64,000 bases of DNA from Callorhinchus milii. Its lineage: Eukaryota. The notes beneath the pieces are model-generated. The model was given only the letters and a program-made list of their open reading frames with translations. It made no database searches and was not told where the DNA came from. The stretch lies in NCBI RefSeq assembly GCF_018977255.1, contig NW_024704747.1, positions 24,924,001 to 24,988,000 of the forward strand, given 5' to 3'. Below are positions 50,801 through 61,448 of the stretch, piece by piece (positions within the stretch are counted from its first letter, which is position 1; every line of letters starts with the position of its first letter). The position numbers were made by a program, and so were the translations under genes.

Positions 50801-53800
50801 CCTGGAAAAGCCACTATTGATTTCTAATTGGCTTTGTTTTACAGATGCTACACTACAGAGTTTACGGGAAAAAGGTCAGGGTCTTCTTGACCAAATGACA
50901 TCCCAGGCTCCATGGACATTTGGAAAGGATGTGTCCATTGAAAATAAAGATAACATAGAACATATCCAGGGTCTGATGGAGGATATGCAACTTCGAAAGC
51001 AAAGGTACTTATCTGATAGTTGCACATATGACTGACTAGTTGTGAATATGCAACTTGTGAAATCTTGTAGGCTTTTGTGCTACTCAAAACAAGGTGGAAC
51101 ACTAGACTCTGTTCTGCATGTTAATTGAAGCACGTGAAAGCCTAGCAATAAGAGATGGAATTAATAACCATTTATTTTGTGTAATAAGGTGGCAGGCTGG
51201 ACGACAGCTTATGTAACAACAGACACTCGAATTGAAATGTGCTCACAAACAATGAGTTTTCTGTAGAATGTGAGCAGAGGCCTGTTGAAATTCAATGCTG
51301 AAAGAATTGGTGCTAATATGTTGAGGAAGAGTGTAAACTCAGTCATTGATTTTTCTCTTCACTCTGCTGAGTTTGCAGGCTGTCTATCTGGCGGAAAACT
51401 GATTGTAATTATCAGTCAAAAAGATGTAAACCTCAGTCTTCTGTTACGTGCCACAATTCACGAGTTAATTGCATTGCTGAGCTACCCAATCAAATTTAGT
51501 GTATTAAAATTCCACTTCAAAATCCTGTGGTAAATAAGGTCCAGAACTGTGCAATTTTATTGGAAACAATTACATTTGCTGCATTTACCATCATGGCTTT
51601 ACCGTATTAGTAATGGAGTGATTTCCCGAATGCATATTCAGCATTTTGCAATTAGTTTACTGAATTCATTACAACGCAGACAGTCTGCAAGATGAAACGT
51701 TCTATTGTGAATTCTTATGAACAAATTCCAAGAATTGTTAATTAACTTCATCTTCAAATCATGTTAGACGTTTAAAATTTTTTAAAATTCTGCACTTTTC
51801 AACTGGAACGGTGGGAATTCACAGCATCTGTTCACAGGATGTTTTTGAATGAAGAAGACCCTTCATTGTATTTGATCTCAACCTTCTAGACTATCATCCT
51901 CCTATTGCAGCATTGAGTTGCTTCTTCAATGTGTCCAGTTTCCCTGCCTCTACCACCCTCCTAGTAACCCAATTCAGCTGTTGATTACCTTCGATCCAAA
52001 GAATTCTTTCTGCCGTCTGTACCGTACATTATTATTCACAACCTGTACCTTCTTGATATGTTGTTTTTGGCTTCTTTGCAAGTAGATTGTTTTTTTGTGT
52101 GCTTACATTTCAGTAGAATGTTGAGGATTTCAAGTGATGTTAAAAACTCAGATGGTGTATTGTGTGTTTGAACTTATTTTGATATGCAGATGGTCAGCTG
52201 TGTTTTTTTCTCTGTACTTACGGACTCTGTAGGTGTGAAGATATGGTAGATGTGCGGAGGCTGAAAATGCTTCAGATGGTGCAGCTTTTTAAATGCGAGG
52301 AGGATGCTGCGCAGGTAAGTCCTGACACAGCTCAAAGTGTCAGTCTACACCAGTCGCTTAGTATAAAGTGTGTGTGTGTGTGTCTGTGTTCATATACTGC
52401 GTTTCAAAATCAAGTCTTAAATGAAAAGTGTATTTTTCTCCTTTGTATAAAAGGCAGTTGAGTGGCTAAGTGAGCTGTTGGATGCCCTTTTGAAAACTCA
52501 TATTAGACTTGGAGATGATGCTCAGGAAACCAAAGTTCTTCTGGAAAAACACCGCAAATTCGTTGATGTTGCCCAGGTATATGTAATGCAATTTTTTACC
52601 ATTTGTTATGTTCTTAATAATAAGTAATTGACTTGGTTTAGCGCTTCTCACGTTGCGGGCAATGTCTCAGAGTTTCACACAATTTATTGTAATTGGGAGT
52701 GACTGTATTTTGTAGGTGAACATAATGGAAAATGTCATGTTGTGTTACTTTGCATCCTCCTCAATCTTTGAATGTAGATGACACTCCACATACAATACTC
52801 TCCTTTTTCCCTTTTACCCATTGCTATTGTTAAGCCTTTTAAGTGTTTTCTTATTTAGTCACCAGGTTGACGAATTGTTTCCACATCACGTTGTGAGAAG
52901 TAGAACAGGTGATTTCGATGAAGTGTTTAATGTTCCTTTTTTCTGTCGCACAATAAATCTGATGCAGTTCCCTCCTGACACTCCATATAGAGCAACCAAT
53001 TACAGCTCTGGCTAAGGCACTGTAGAAACTGACTCAAAGGTTGCATGATGGGTTTCCATTGTGCTCCACTGCAGCAGCAAATTAAGTTTAAGATTACATT
53101 GCATTCGTGAGATATTTCCATTGCCATTACCTGTCTTCAAGCAGATCCATGAATTGATGCCAAATGAGACTTCGTCATTTACTTTATTTACCTTTAGAAA
53201 ATGCACAACTTGTCTCAGCAATACACTCCTATAACAGGACTGTCATTCTGTTGCCATGTTGTTTGTATAGTTTTTGTCTTTGGGCTGAGAACTTAATACT
53301 GTGTGGATCTTTAACTTTACTTATTGTGCCTTAAATATGCTAAGGTTGACTAATTTCAGATCAAAGCTACTGTTTGTCATACATTGCCTTAGTACAATGA
53401 ATCTTTTGGATAGGCACCATTTGGGAGCCAACCAAAAACAGTGATGAATTCACATTAACTTCAATGGAACACTTTGTACAGCTTCCTTGTCTCTTAAGTC
53501 GGTCAGTATTTGAGTTGGCGATTACTTAACTTTGTCTTCATGGCGCTGTTCTTTTCCCCTGCAGCAGGAAGTTGTTTTTTTTTTTTTAAAAAGTCACTTT
53601 TCATACTTTGTATTTGAGAGTCTGGTGGCTGAAACCTGTCAAAAGAAGTTTCTGCTACCAGCAAAAAGCTATTATTGTAACAGCTGATTTTATTTCCTGT
53701 CACTCACAAGAAATAAAACATGAACTTTGAATACGCAGTTGCGAAACTCGGTTTCTATAAAAGTTGTAGCGCCCAGAAATTTTGAAGCAGTTTTTTTTCC

Positions 53801-56800
53801 TGAAAAAGTAAATTAAGATGAAAATCTTAATGCTGGGAGCAATCAAATTGAGACAAATTGAAGAACCCTGATGTGCATTACACAAATTCCCCTGCTGAAG
53901 AGTCAGGTTGTGTCTGCTGTAGCATTTTCAATGTCTATCAATTGGCAGCTACATTTACTTAACCAAACATTGAGATCTCAGTAGATTTCTGTGCAGTTTT
54001 TACCATCCTGATATTCCTAACTAAGGTGCATAGCATTGGTAGACATGTAGAGTATTGTTCCCTGTATAGCAACTTATCGCCAACCTCCTGCAATGTATTG
54101 TGACTCACAGTTGTTATTTGTTGTGCATAGAAATAAAATAACTTTGTTCAAGAGTAAATGGCTGGGAAAAGAACTTTAGACTGTTCTCTCGATAACATTG
54201 TTTGTATTGTTTTAATTATTTGTGAATAGCTTTTCAAAATGGGCAGTAGTAAAGACAAAATACAGAACCTTTATTTAAATCCATGGCTGGTTGGTTTGCT
54301 TGTACTACCTAAAGAATGGAGTTACGAGGATAGGCTGATCAATTTGGACCTATATTCTCTAGAATATAGAAGAATTAGAGGGGTTCTTATAGATACCTAT
54401 AAGATCATCAAAGGGCATGATAGAGTAGATAGTGGGAGATTTTTTTCCCTGGTTGGAGAAACTAAAACCAGGGGTCACAACCTTAAAATCAGAAGCCAGC
54501 TCTTTCGCACTGAGTTGAGGAAGAACTTCTTCACTCAACGGTGGTGAATGTATGGAACTCACTGCCGCAAAGGGCTGTTGATGCTCAGTCCTTGAGCATA
54601 TTCAAAACTGAGATAGATACGTTTCTTATTGCAAAAGGGATTAGGGGATATGGGGATAAGGCAGGGTTATGGTATTAGCTGAAGTTAGATTAGAAGATCA
54701 GCATGATTGAATGGAGAGGCAGGCCTCGAAGGGCCGAATGGCCTACTCCTGCTCCTACATGTTATGTTAATTGATTCAATTATCTAGATGCTTGTTTTCA
54801 CCTAGTTGCTACTTTCTGGAAGCAAAATTAATAGAGATCTGGAGAATGTTAAGTGAGGCAAGTATGAGCCAGCAAATGAGTGCTGCATTGAAGGCCTGCT
54901 GTGTAATATTTTATGATAATAATTTTATACTTATCGCTGGAATTTGTTTGACGGTACAGTTCTACTAAAGCATGGTAGAACTGTTGGAGTTATATACCTT
55001 CAGGTTCTTAACTTGAAGTTCATTCTCAGTCTGAACTCAATGGCAGTAAAGTTGAGATCAGCATGTGTGAAATTGATGGTGAATTTTAACTATAGTTGAA
55101 GAACTGGGAGTCCCACCAACACTTAATATTGAAATCCTTAAGACCCCGCAGGAATATTTGATACTTTAATTTGTAAGTTTAAACGCTTGCACTGCACTTA
55201 AAGCTCGTTAGGGATGATGCAGTGAAACAATGAAAAAACAACCTCCCCAAGGTAGTTTGATGCTGCTTTTCTGAATTGAGTTTGGAGTTTGCATTTCTGT
55301 GATCCAAAAAATTGCATCAAATTTCCTCAGATCGTGTATTGGCCAGAGAACATAGGCTCAATTTTTCCAAAGTTAACCACTTGTCATATAGCAAAACTGG
55401 CGTTGCCAACATTTTGGAACATTTTGCAAATGTTGTCCATTGAGAAAACAAAATAGGGTTATGGAAATATTTCCAATCTGCCACATTGGCACAGTCAACA
55501 ACTGATTTGGATGTGGGTGTGCTTGGGAATGGAATATTTTCCATTTTTTCACCCACTGGCAATATGAATTGTTACTGGGTTACTATAGAATATGGAAAGC
55601 AAAATTCCCTTTATTCTGCTCCATAAAATTGCTTTTAACTCATGTGTTGGAAGATCATTCCCTACTGCACTTTCCATTCATTATTATCTTTCCGTTTCCA
55701 ATTTCATCAAGCTCTTTGTAAATTGATAACCAAGATACACGTGTATGTTTGATAACTACAGATTTCTTATACTTGAGAAAATAAATTGAATGCATTCTGA
55801 TTGATCATATTTTTCTCTCTTATCTGAAACTTGTCTCTGAAGAGCACCTATGACTACGGAAGACAGTTGCTACAAGCCACAGTCGTACTGTGCCAATCCC
55901 TTCGATGCACGACTAGGTCATCAGGAGAGACTCTACCAAGGTTGAACAGAGTCTGGAAACAGTTTACAGTAACCTCAGAGGAGCGGATTCACCGACTGGA
56001 TTTGTCCTACACATTTCACTTAGATTCTGAAAAGGCTCGTATATTAATTTTGATTCTAGCATTTTACAAACATTTTTGGTACTGTATTTAATAATGCCTG
56101 GCAAAAAAAGGGTTGCAATCCCTGCTTGGAGAGGGTTCCATTAGATCTGATACCTCTCTAGTACTTTGCTCAAGTGGCCACTTCATGTGCTTTCCGAAAT
56201 TAAAATAATCACTCACTTTAAACACTGTTGTCATGGTATAAATAAAATCTTGCTTTTACATCAGTGTGAATCTTTGCGATTTTATACGTGTAATTTCACA
56301 GTATATTCCCCACTTTATGATTGTGTAAGTTGTTTTGATTTGTTGCTGACATGAAAGCGTTGACTAGGTAGGCTTGGTGTGTCAATGGATATTGTAAGTA
56401 ACATTTCTACTATCAACTTAATGTTTTGAATTGTTTTGGTTACCAAGTGATCTCCATAGTAAAAGGATGTTACACCACTTTATGAAACCACATGTTCCAG
56501 ATTTTCTGTCAAAACCCCTATATGAATAGAGCAGAGCATTTGTAGCTTATTACTTTAGGAACTCGATGCCCAGATGCTTACATACTGACTCATATTTTAG
56601 CCCAACACGACATGTGTATTTGATATCTACAGATTGCTCATTTTGCTCATTTTACTGTTCATGGGACAATTGTTTTTAGGAATTCTTCCCCCTGCCCCCC
56701 ACCCCCCCCACCAGCCTTCTCCAGTAATTTGTAAAGTTTTTCTTTTTTCAGATTCTGAAGGATAACTCACAACTAGAAGAGCAGACTGAAGCCTGTAAGG

Positions 56801-58538
56801 AGTTCCTGGAAAAGATTGATGAAGTTGAAGCTACTGGGAAATCACTATTAGACAGACTAACTGTGCCTGTGATTTACCCAGATGGGTAAGATTTTAGACC
56901 ATTAATATATCTGCCTGTATAGATTCCAAAGCAGCTTTCTAGCCGAACAAAAAAAATTATGGGTATCGATAGAACACTATCCACCACTGGGGTTATCATT
57001 TAATTCGTCTGTAAGAGGAATTGATTTTCACCTAAATAACTTTGAAATGTCCAAATAGATTACAACTCCAGAAATGTCTTCCCTTTATTGCAGCCTGGTG
57101 GCGCTGCTGATTATTAACATGTTGTACACTGCATGTTGCCTGTTTATTTGGTGGAAATGGTCTCTCCAATGCAGATTTCCAGCTTATCTTCTTCGTTGAG
57201 AAATGTACAGAATCCAAAGAAAATAACTTCTTGCTTCAGATTTCTCCCTTGATTTTTCATAACGTGCTTGAGGTGCTGACTCGTTGCTGGGGATACAGTT
57301 CCACAAGTGCTTGTACAAGTCTCTGCAGTACAGATCGTTTTCAAACCTGCGATACACCCTCTCATTAAGCACTAGATTCTGCTTAGCGTATAAAGTGATT
57401 AGAACATTTTCAACTTGGTATCCCTGAGGGCTTTAAGGGTGGAGTTATCAACAACAACATGGTACTAAGCCATCTATACACATTAATAGGTCACGTGTTT
57501 GATTTCTGGTCCGGACTAAGTTGGCTGATCACAGCCGGGTGAACAGTTGGGGTGTGACAGCTGGCCATTGCTGAATTAAACTCAGTCAAAGGTTATGTTC
57601 CCTATCCAGTAAACCTTCCTTGAAGGTGCATATGTGTGGTACACTGGCATCAGACACACACATCAAGCTCTGCTGTAATGCTTTCCGTGGATTGATGGGC
57701 AGCTGACACTGTCTCGGCTCATACAAGGAACAAATGTGAGGTGCAATTGTTGCAAATACTCTATCTTCAGGAGAAAAGGAGAGAAAATCAGCCCGCAAAA
57801 AATTATTACAGTAGCTTTTCTATTCAGCATTTCAGAGAAGACCCACAATTTGTTTCATTTTGCAGAAGAACTACCTGCACTTGGTAAAAGATAGTTGTTG
57901 AATCCGAAGCTTTGGCCATGCGTCATTCCTTTCCTTTCTCTCTGTTTCCCTCAACCCCCGCCCACCACTCGAATTTGGTTTCTTTGCCACATTATGTTTC
58001 TCCACGTATTACTGATTTAATGACGACTTGAACATTTCATGATGACTTTCTGAGCAAACCCTATGCACCAGATTGGTCAGAACTTTATTGTGTAAAAGGT
58101 GTTTCGCTATGCTCCTGACCTGAGAATGCTCAATGATGGCACTTGGGTGAAACTCCCCTTGCTGGATCTTACCATATGAACTGAAAGTGTAGAAAGATCC
58201 CAAATAAACAGGTGTCATTTCCCCATTGTAGCACTCATCATCAAAGTTACTCCATTTGATGGTGTAATAAATCTTTTGCCCTCAGTGTTTATTCCCATCC
58301 CTTGTCTCTTGTCTCAGTCCTGTTTTTGAATTTTGAAATGACAGTGTACTTGCTACTTGCCAATATTTCTGCCCATTCCAGATTCACAAACATTTACAAA
58401 TATTAATTTTCCAGAACTGAACAGTATTTTGGAAGTCCCAGTGACATGGCCTCCACAGCAGAACACATCCGAGAGAAGATGAGACTGGTTAGCCAAAAGA
58501 AGGAGCAGTCATTAGAGACCATGCCACCAGACTGTTAA
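17838..58538 (+). CDS. SESTD1: SESTD1, SEC14 and spectrin domain-containing protein 1; spliced CDS of 17 coding exons, 2097 nt, 698 aa
   Basis: Joined exons translate [74 protein letters not shown]...[40 protein letters not shown]. This is nearly collinear with human SESTD1 as I recall it. All intron phases agree and there are no internal stops. Confidence 0.97.
19530..19634 (+). mobile_element. SINE 3' tail (TTA type)
   Basis: gaagcgctttgagacgtctcaaagacgtgattaggcgc. Confidence 0.85.
20262..20325 (+). mobile_element. L2-type 3' tail
   Basis: ttgggacgtcttcctgacatgaaaggtgc...gtaatttgttgttgttg. Confidence 0.8.
20552..20617 (-). mobile_element. L2-type 3' tail, young copy (CpGs intact)
   Basis: aacaacaacaacaaaattacatttatagagcgcctttcacgtccggaggacgtccc. 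Confidence 0.88.
20805..20960 (+). mobile_element. Degenerate CR1 fragment
   Basis: aagattctg..aaagtaaatccag..gagggcataagttt (KIL..KVNPE..GHKF-like). Confidence 0.5.
22262..22466 (+). mobile_element. 5'-truncated Deu-type SINE
   Basis: ctgtttgtgggacactgctgtgcacaaattggctgcc plus TTA tail. Confidence 0.88.
23700..23895 (-). mobile_element. Old Deu-domain SINE fragment
   Basis: Reverse-complement similarity to 15715-15910 (ggagaaactcc..ttttcaaatag..tccacctgaa..cagac). Confidence 0.7.
24770..24878 (+). CDS. SESTD1: SESTD1 coding exon 2
   Basis: ttcttttttttag| (G)[35 protein letters not shown](S) |gtgact. Confidence 0.96.
25300..25700 (-). mobile_element. Possible L1-clade LINE relic (C-terminal zinc-knuckle region)
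   Basis: Minus-strand [15 protein letters not shown] resembles the fish/amphibian L1 'CWRGCG' motif; otherwise degenerate. Confidence 0.35.
27095..27310 (-). mobile_element. CR1 3' fragment
   Basis: gtgtctgtgccg..tcttttaaaagagctatccaa..gcttccatcaccctttcag resembles 856-968 and the CR1 3' end. Confidence 0.6.
28720..28991 (+). mobile_element. Degenerate Deu-domain SINE
   Basis: tttcagatgagatg..gggagtttctcccc..aagttggctg..gcactttgagac..caaggattatt. Confidence 0.75.
29292..29382 (+). CDS. SESTD1: SESTD1 coding exon 3
   Basis: ttctctttcag| [30 protein letters not shown] |gtgatg. Confidence 0.96.
29600..29885 (+). mobile_element. Ancient SINE-like repeat (same family as 6180-6545)
   Basis: actcactgtctcggctcagatgcgaagaatg core. 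Confidence 0.6.
34904..35017 (+). CDS. SESTD1: SESTD1 coding exon 4
   Basis: ttgttctccag| [38 protein letters not shown] |gtattt. Confidence 0.96.
37568..37627 (+). mobile_element. L2-type 3' tail
   Basis: ttgggacatcctcccgacgtgaaagacgctctataaatgtaatttgttgttg. Confidence 0.85.
38105..38210 (-). mobile_element. SINE 3' tail (TTA type)
   Basis: aataatccttgtatttgatatagcaccttatcacgtc. Confidence 0.85.
38411..38524 (+). CDS. SESTD1: SESTD1 coding exon 5
   Basis: aaaacag| [38 protein letters not shown] |gttagt. Confidence 0.94.
38680..38830 (+). mobile_element. SINE 3' body carrying an L2-type (ctccc-loop) tail
   Basis: cagtgactgcact...cctgtgaaactctttgggataccctcccaatgtgaaaggca. Confidence 0.6.
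39771..39820 (+). mobile_element. L2-type 3' tail abutting the acceptor of coding exon 6
   Basis: taggacattctcctggcatgaaaggcgttatacacatctaagttgttgtt versus family gggacgtcctcccgacgtgaaaggcgct.tataaatg.aa.ttgttgtt. Confidence 0.75.
39833..39930 (+). CDS. SESTD1: SESTD1 coding exon 6
   Basis: ttaacttag| [32 protein letters not shown](R) |gtaaga. Confidence 0.95.
40092..40127. repeat. 12-bp tandem repeat TCAGAAATATTT x3
   Basis: Seen directly. Confidence 0.95.
41913..41968 (+). CDS. SESTD1: SESTD1 coding exon 7
   Basis: catttccag| [18 protein letters not shown](G) |gtaagt. Confidence 0.95.
42658..42869 (+). CDS. SESTD1: SESTD1 coding exon 8
   Basis: ctctgaaag| [31 protein letters not shown]...EEIQQKVMQ |gtgtgt. 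Confidence 0.96.
44508..44630 (+). CDS. SESTD1: SESTD1 coding exon 9
   Basis: cattctag| [41 protein letters not shown] |gtaagg. Confidence 0.96.
46103..46168 (-). mobile_element. L2-type 3' tail, head-to-head with the following copy
   Basis: aacaaaattacatttg..cctttcacgtcgggaggac. Confidence 0.85.
46173..46729 (+). mobile_element. 5'-truncated L2 LINE, same family as 2301-2908, with a 21-bp internal deletion
   Basis: Aligns by eye with 2333-2907; lacks ctttaaggccatccatggcct. Confidence 0.93.
47928..48226 (+). mobile_element. tRNA(Ala-TGC)-derived SINE with Pol III A and B boxes, Deu-derived body and TTA tail
   Basis: A box TAGCTCAGTGG at 47939; anticodon arm CTCGC-TTTGCAA-GCGAG at 47958-47974; B box AGTTCAATTCC at 47982. 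Confidence 0.92.
48494..48688 (+). CDS. SESTD1: SESTD1 coding exon 10
   Basis: ctcattgcag| [25 protein letters not shown]...[10 protein letters not shown] |gtaagc. Confidence 0.96.
49121..49235 (+). CDS. SESTD1: SESTD1 coding exon 11
   Basis: ctgttcacag| [38 protein letters not shown](D) |gtaagg. Confidence 0.96.
50845..51004 (+). CDS. SESTD1: SESTD1 coding exon 12
   Basis: tgttttacag| [20 protein letters not shown]...MEDMQLRKQ(R) |gtactt. Confidence 0.96.
51850..52050 (-). mobile_element. Degenerate CR1 3' fragment
   Basis: gcttcttcaatgtgtccagtttccctgcctctaccaccctcc.. is the reverse complement of a CR1 ORF2 end. Confidence 0.55.
52233..52314 (+). CDS. SESTD1: SESTD1 coding exon 13
   Basis: ctctgtag| [27 protein letters not shown] |gtaagt. 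Confidence 0.96.
52454..52576 (+). CDS. SESTD1: SESTD1 coding exon 14
   Basis: tataaaag| [41 protein letters not shown] |gtatat. Confidence 0.95.
54311..54768 (+). mobile_element. 5'-truncated CR1 LINE: ORF2 C-terminus (1-nt frameshift near 54541) plus 3'UTR
   Basis: [63 protein letters not shown]; UTR gggccgaatggcctactcctgctcct. Confidence 0.93.
55843..56034 (+). CDS. SESTD1: SESTD1 coding exon 15 (GC donor)
   Basis: ctctgaag| [22 protein letters not shown]...YTFHLDSEK |gctcgt; 3' end set by phase and by homology. Confidence 0.9.
56752..56885 (+). CDS. SESTD1: SESTD1 coding exon 16
   Basis: tcttttttcag| [44 protein letters not shown](G) |gtaaga. Confidence 0.94.
57489..57740 (+). mobile_element. 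Ancient SINE-like repeat (same family as 6180-6545)
   Basis: agttggctgatc..tatccagt..gacactgtctcggctca. Confidence 0.6.
58415..58538 (+). CDS. SESTD1: SESTD1 coding exon 17 (last), stop TAA 58536-58538
   Basis: aattttccag| [40 protein letters not shown]. Confidence 0.95.
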
Positions 58539-59370
58539 TGGATCAGTCCTTTACCTTTCGTCCGATATTGAGACTGGAATCACCTACTCAAGGTCCATCT
58601 TGAAAATGACTGCAGTTTTTTGTGTATAGTGGCACCATTTTACATTGAAAGAAGATGCTGAAACCTTAGGTGTGTATTATATATGAAAAATTATGGTACA
58701 AACCTGTTCTACGGTTGAGGGAAGCAGAGACTCCATTCCATGTAAATCTGCACTGCTTACATTTGAACACAAACCATCGCAAGGCTTTGACTGTAGAAGA
58801 TGTATTGACTGATTGATCATGTGCTGCAATGGTACTAAGATCTGAGAATGAAATGAAAATATGAAGCATTGCACTGATTGAATTCCTATCTCGAGAGCTT
58901 TACAGTCCTGTCAGCTGTAACGGTTGACTTAAAAGCTTAATGGTGCTATGAAATTTTTAGAATGTCGATGCACTAAGCAGAACCTTTTAACTGTTCTTAG
59001 ACAGGTGCTGTAGTACTTTTAGGCTTTTAATATATCTGTTGTTAGATCGTGATAAAATGTTTCCCATACAGTTATCTCTTAATTTTGATATTTTTGAAAC
59101 TGCTGCTTTACTTTTGATTGTGCCAATATGTAATGTACACTACATGCCTTTGATGTATTTCCTTGTTTTTTTCCAATACCATAACTTGTTGTTTTACATA
59201 TTGTACTAATTATGTATTAAATAATACCCGTGTATAATAAGCTTTAAAAGTATAGATCAACTTCTGTACTTGTTTCAACAGACCCAACATTTCAAGCAGC
59301 AAATTTGCATTGGAAAGTCATGGTCCTCATCTTTGCAAAAAATAAAATGCAACTTGTACACTGTTATCGT
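58539..59370 (+). other. SESTD1: Probable SESTD1 3'UTR with candidate poly(A) signals ATTAAA (59216-59221) and AATAAA (59341-59346)
   Basis: AT-rich stretch with no recognisable repeats after the stop codon; both hexamers seen; true 3' end unknown. Confidence 0.55.
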
Positions 59371-61173
59371 TAATGTATCTATTATACCAGTTGTTCTACA
59401 AGTTACGAAAAGCAGATAGCAACCTCTTAACTATGGTGGGGGTGGGGGGGGGGGGGGAAGAGAAACTAAATAGATGAAGAACATCATTCTAAATACAGTA
59501 AATGAAAATAGTTTTTTTGTTGAGAAGGTCCTTGAACAAAAGGAGGTCAATAAGTTTCCTGCTTGTCACGTGAAAAGTAACCAAATTGAATATTTTCAGA
59601 CTTTACACATTAACTTACCTCAACTTATTTCACAATACATCGTCTGAATCTCTTGGGCCCTCGATCTCTAATGCACGTCTATCTGCGTGGTGAGCTGATT
59701 CAAAGTATCTCCAAAATATATAAATTGAATAATTCATTTAATTTAGATTTACTGCAGCAATATGAGCACAAACACAACTATAGAAAGTTAGTACCATATT
59801 AGCTTTCTATTGTAAACCTTGCACATATGCTTGTATTGCTGAACTACTTAATAGGAGATATTGAATATCTAAGTTGTTTTCTGTGTACTTTTGCATTTTT
59901 ACATTTTCTAATTGTATCACTTCGGTATCCAGTAAATGTACTTTGTTTTCCTGGAATAAGCTAATATTTTGAGACGTATGTAATTTTGAGATTAGTTAGT
60001 TCCAGTTGATGAGCATACAAACAATGGTCCAAATTAATTTTGATTGTTCATTTCTATAGTTTTTGGTGAAACATATACCCACAATTATTTTCTCCGCATC
60101 AGAAGTTAACTACCAAGCAGTACCTTGAAAAGGGTTAAACGGAAGCGAGATTTAGGCCTGGACATGAATTTAAGGAACCCCAAGACTCTTTGGTGGAAAG
60201 ATGCCCAATTGGTTTTGTGGAAGGATGAGATTAAATGAACCAGAGTCGTCTTCATCAACCTCTTGATTCTGTTGCAGGAATATAATCCTCAGTGTGGATG
60301 ATCTAAAGCACCTCTGATGTGACAAAATCACTCAAGTTGTTGCACTGTGGAGCTGTACTGAAAATAGCACACTGGACAAAGGAAAATAGGAGCTCTACAA
60401 TTTCTGTTTACATTTGGTTACAAGAGCAGCAATTTCCACAGTAAACTAGACTCCTAGATTATGCTCAATATTTACAATGTTCCTGCTTACCAGCCCAGTT
60501 AGTTTAAAATGTTTCAGGGCAATTCAACAGGAATTTAACCCACAGAAAGATATAAAAATATTTAAACTAAAGTGATCTGCTTCAAATGTGTTTCTTGCTA
60601 ATTGTGCATAGATCTAGCTTCATTTCAGCTTTGCACTCAAAACTGAACACACATAATTCTTCCTCAAATAATTCAGCAGCTCTTAAACATTAATGCCTAA
60701 AAATTGCATACAAGTTTCCAAGTTAATTTTGTTTAACTACTAAAATTGAAGGAAGTCAGTCCTCTGTTGTAAAAGTTGTGACTATTGGTTTTTAACAAAA
60801 TAATTCAAGCCCATAAGAGCTATGAAGTGAGGTTTGGAAATAACCTTGTGATGTTTTGAATGTAGTCCACTTTATCGATTGAATAACTGCTGCAGAAAAA
60901 CATGTTCTGTACATCTTCTTGTGTGTCTGCCAGTTGTGCAAGTCTTAAGGTAAGGAGGTAAGATTGAAAACCATTTGAGAATTGATCCAAAAGAAACTAA
61001 CAGACATTGGTGTCCGGTTAACCTTGTGAATAGAATATGGGTAATTGTGGCTCCATTTTACTTTTCACCTAAAATTTCACTTGAGTTTCATTTATCTTTG
61101 CAATGATGGTGCACAATCTCTGACCATCGACCAGGACTTCTTTCATTAGTACATAAGGCACTCGCAAGCCTTT

Positions 61174-61448
61174 GTGGAGTCCTGTAGCTCAGTGGTTAGA
61201 GGTTCGATTCCTGGCAGGGTGAAATCTTGGGCAAGTTTCCTTACTCCACACGCCTGATAATAATCCCTCAAAAAAATAATAAATTGGTCGTTTCAATCCA
61301 CGATTGTGGGACACTGCTGTGTGCAATTGGCTGCTGCATTTCGCCCACAAGTATACAGTCAATTCACTTTACAGTCTATTCTGTGAAGTGCTTTAAGACG
61401 TCTAGAAGACGTGAAAAGCACTATATCAAATGCAAGGATTATTATATT
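61174..61448 (+). mobile_element. tRNA-derived SINE, same family as 47928, anticodon arm deleted
   Basis: gtggagtcctgtagctcagtggttagag-gttcgattcc, body and TTA tail. Confidence 0.92.

Noticed and set aside
54239-54547. Stand-alone 102-aa protein gene
   Set aside because: It is a frameshifted CR1 ORF2 fragment that picked up an upstream ATG
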